Below are positions 62,800 through 64,000 of a stretch of DNA of 64,000 nt, piece by piece. The notes under the pieces are model-generated. The model saw nothing but the letters and a program-made list of their open reading frames with translations. It was not told the origin of the DNA and made no database searches. A program made the position numbers and the translations under genes. This DNA comes from Octopus vulgaris. Its lineage: Eukaryota. Location: the NCBI GenBank assembly GCA_951406725.2, contig OX597815.1, positions 37,200,001-37,264,000 of the forward strand, read 5' to 3'. Within the stretch, counting starts at the first letter, position 1, and the number at the start of each line of letters is the position of its first letter.

Positions 62800-63219
62800 T
62801 CTTCGCTTAGATATTTCCACATGGAAGGTCATGAGTGGGTTAGCTGTATAACGAACACCTTCTTTCGAACTGCCTTGCAGAAAGCAGCAGATTATTGTCC
62901 TTAAAGTGCATTAGATTCTGGAAACTCATTTTGGAGGAGTTACGTTCTTTGTTGGATTTTGAGTACTTGAAGGTTAGTGGAAACGGATGCTGGATATCTT
63001 TTTTAGACTTATGAGGTGTAGATTGTCTATTCTTCTTATTCTCTGCAAGTATGCTAGTACCCGGCCTTGCCTCTCTTAAGAAGATCTGGTCTGTACTCAA
63101 GGAACAAATCTTTGTGTGTGGCTTACTTGTAAAATCTGGTATTGATATCATTTCCTTGCGATTTGAGTAGGAAGGTCAACTTGAGGAGAAAGAGGGAGAG
63201 GGGAGAGGGAGGGGATTTT

Positions 63220-63253
<34 letters not shown>

Positions 63254-63760
63254 GGGACATGGGAAACAAAGAGAGAAGGAGGGGGAGACAGAGAAAGAGA
63301 GAGAGAGAGACAAATCCTGTATCATGTAAGTGTTCATTGCTGAACTTTAAGTGGCCATTCATGCTCTCAAATGGTTTCAGATGTTGAGTTAGCTCTTCAA
63401 AGTGAGAGGAGTAGGTGAGTATATCATCTACATATCAGGTGAAGAAGGCACAAAAGACGTAGATATCGAGTGTTCGGCGGTCAAATCTATTTATATAAGC
63501 GATGAGATGGTCAGTAAGCTCGACACTCTGTATCTTCAAGTAGGCTTGACAATCCTTTTGTACGTCCGGTTGATGAAATTGAAATAGGTATTGTCAAATG
63601 TGATACAAAGATGCTTATGGATGTCAAATTTAGTGCGGCTGAAAGTAAAGCTTTGAAGTGATGATGTATTCACTAGGGAGATTGACAGGTTGAAATAGCA
63701 ACTGAATATATGGAATACATCGAAAAGAATATACACAAGAAGCACATATAGAATACTAGA
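62800..63760 (-). pseudogene. Decayed Penelope-type reverse transcriptase
   Basis: Ordered minus-strand remnants FDV, NTYFNFINRTYK, YVDDIL (~63420-63437), MNGHLKFSNE, LTFL...INTRFYK*ATHKDLFLEY; interrupted by a GA/GATA tract. Confidence 0.7.
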
Positions 63761-63840
63761 ATATAACTGGGAAATGCATGAATTATGCATACATAACACA
63801 TGTAAAAACTAAAATGCAATGCTATATAAAAATGTACAGC

Positions 63841-63883
<43 letters not shown>

Positions 63884-64000
63884 TATAAATATATATATGT
63901 AATTTTTTTACCTATCTATCTATCTATAGTATATATACATAGTGTGTGTATAAACGTGTGTGTTTGTATGTGTACGTGTTTTTGTATGCATATATGTAAG

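Overview
AT-rich, microsatellite-saturated eukaryotic DNA. The repeat landscape looks like a cephalopod (Octopus-type) genome; this is inferred from pattern recognition, not verified. I found no intact host gene, rRNA, tRNA or CRISPR array, and most listed ORFs are microsatellite artefacts. The window is a mosaic of decayed mobile elements: Penelope-like elements (PLEs; RT/GIY-YIG remnants), R4/Dong-type LINEs in (TAA)n, CR1 and RTE fragments, tRNA-derived SINEs, non-autonomous Helitrons, Chapaev3, hATm and Tc1/pogo DNA transposons, a 31-bp minisatellite and a 1.6-kb tandem triplication. The most notable theme is a set of unrelated foldback (inverted-duplicated) inserts, mostly in (TA)n, that carry minimal type-I hammerhead ribozyme motifs. 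These include (i) a tRNA-headed SINE-like unit with a hammerhead tail, inserted twice as a head-to-head palindrome, and (ii) hammerheads whose core shows compensatory 3-8 pair swaps (C-G to U-A or A-U). Together they suggest a diverse family of PLE-mobilised, ribozyme-carrying non-autonomous elements.
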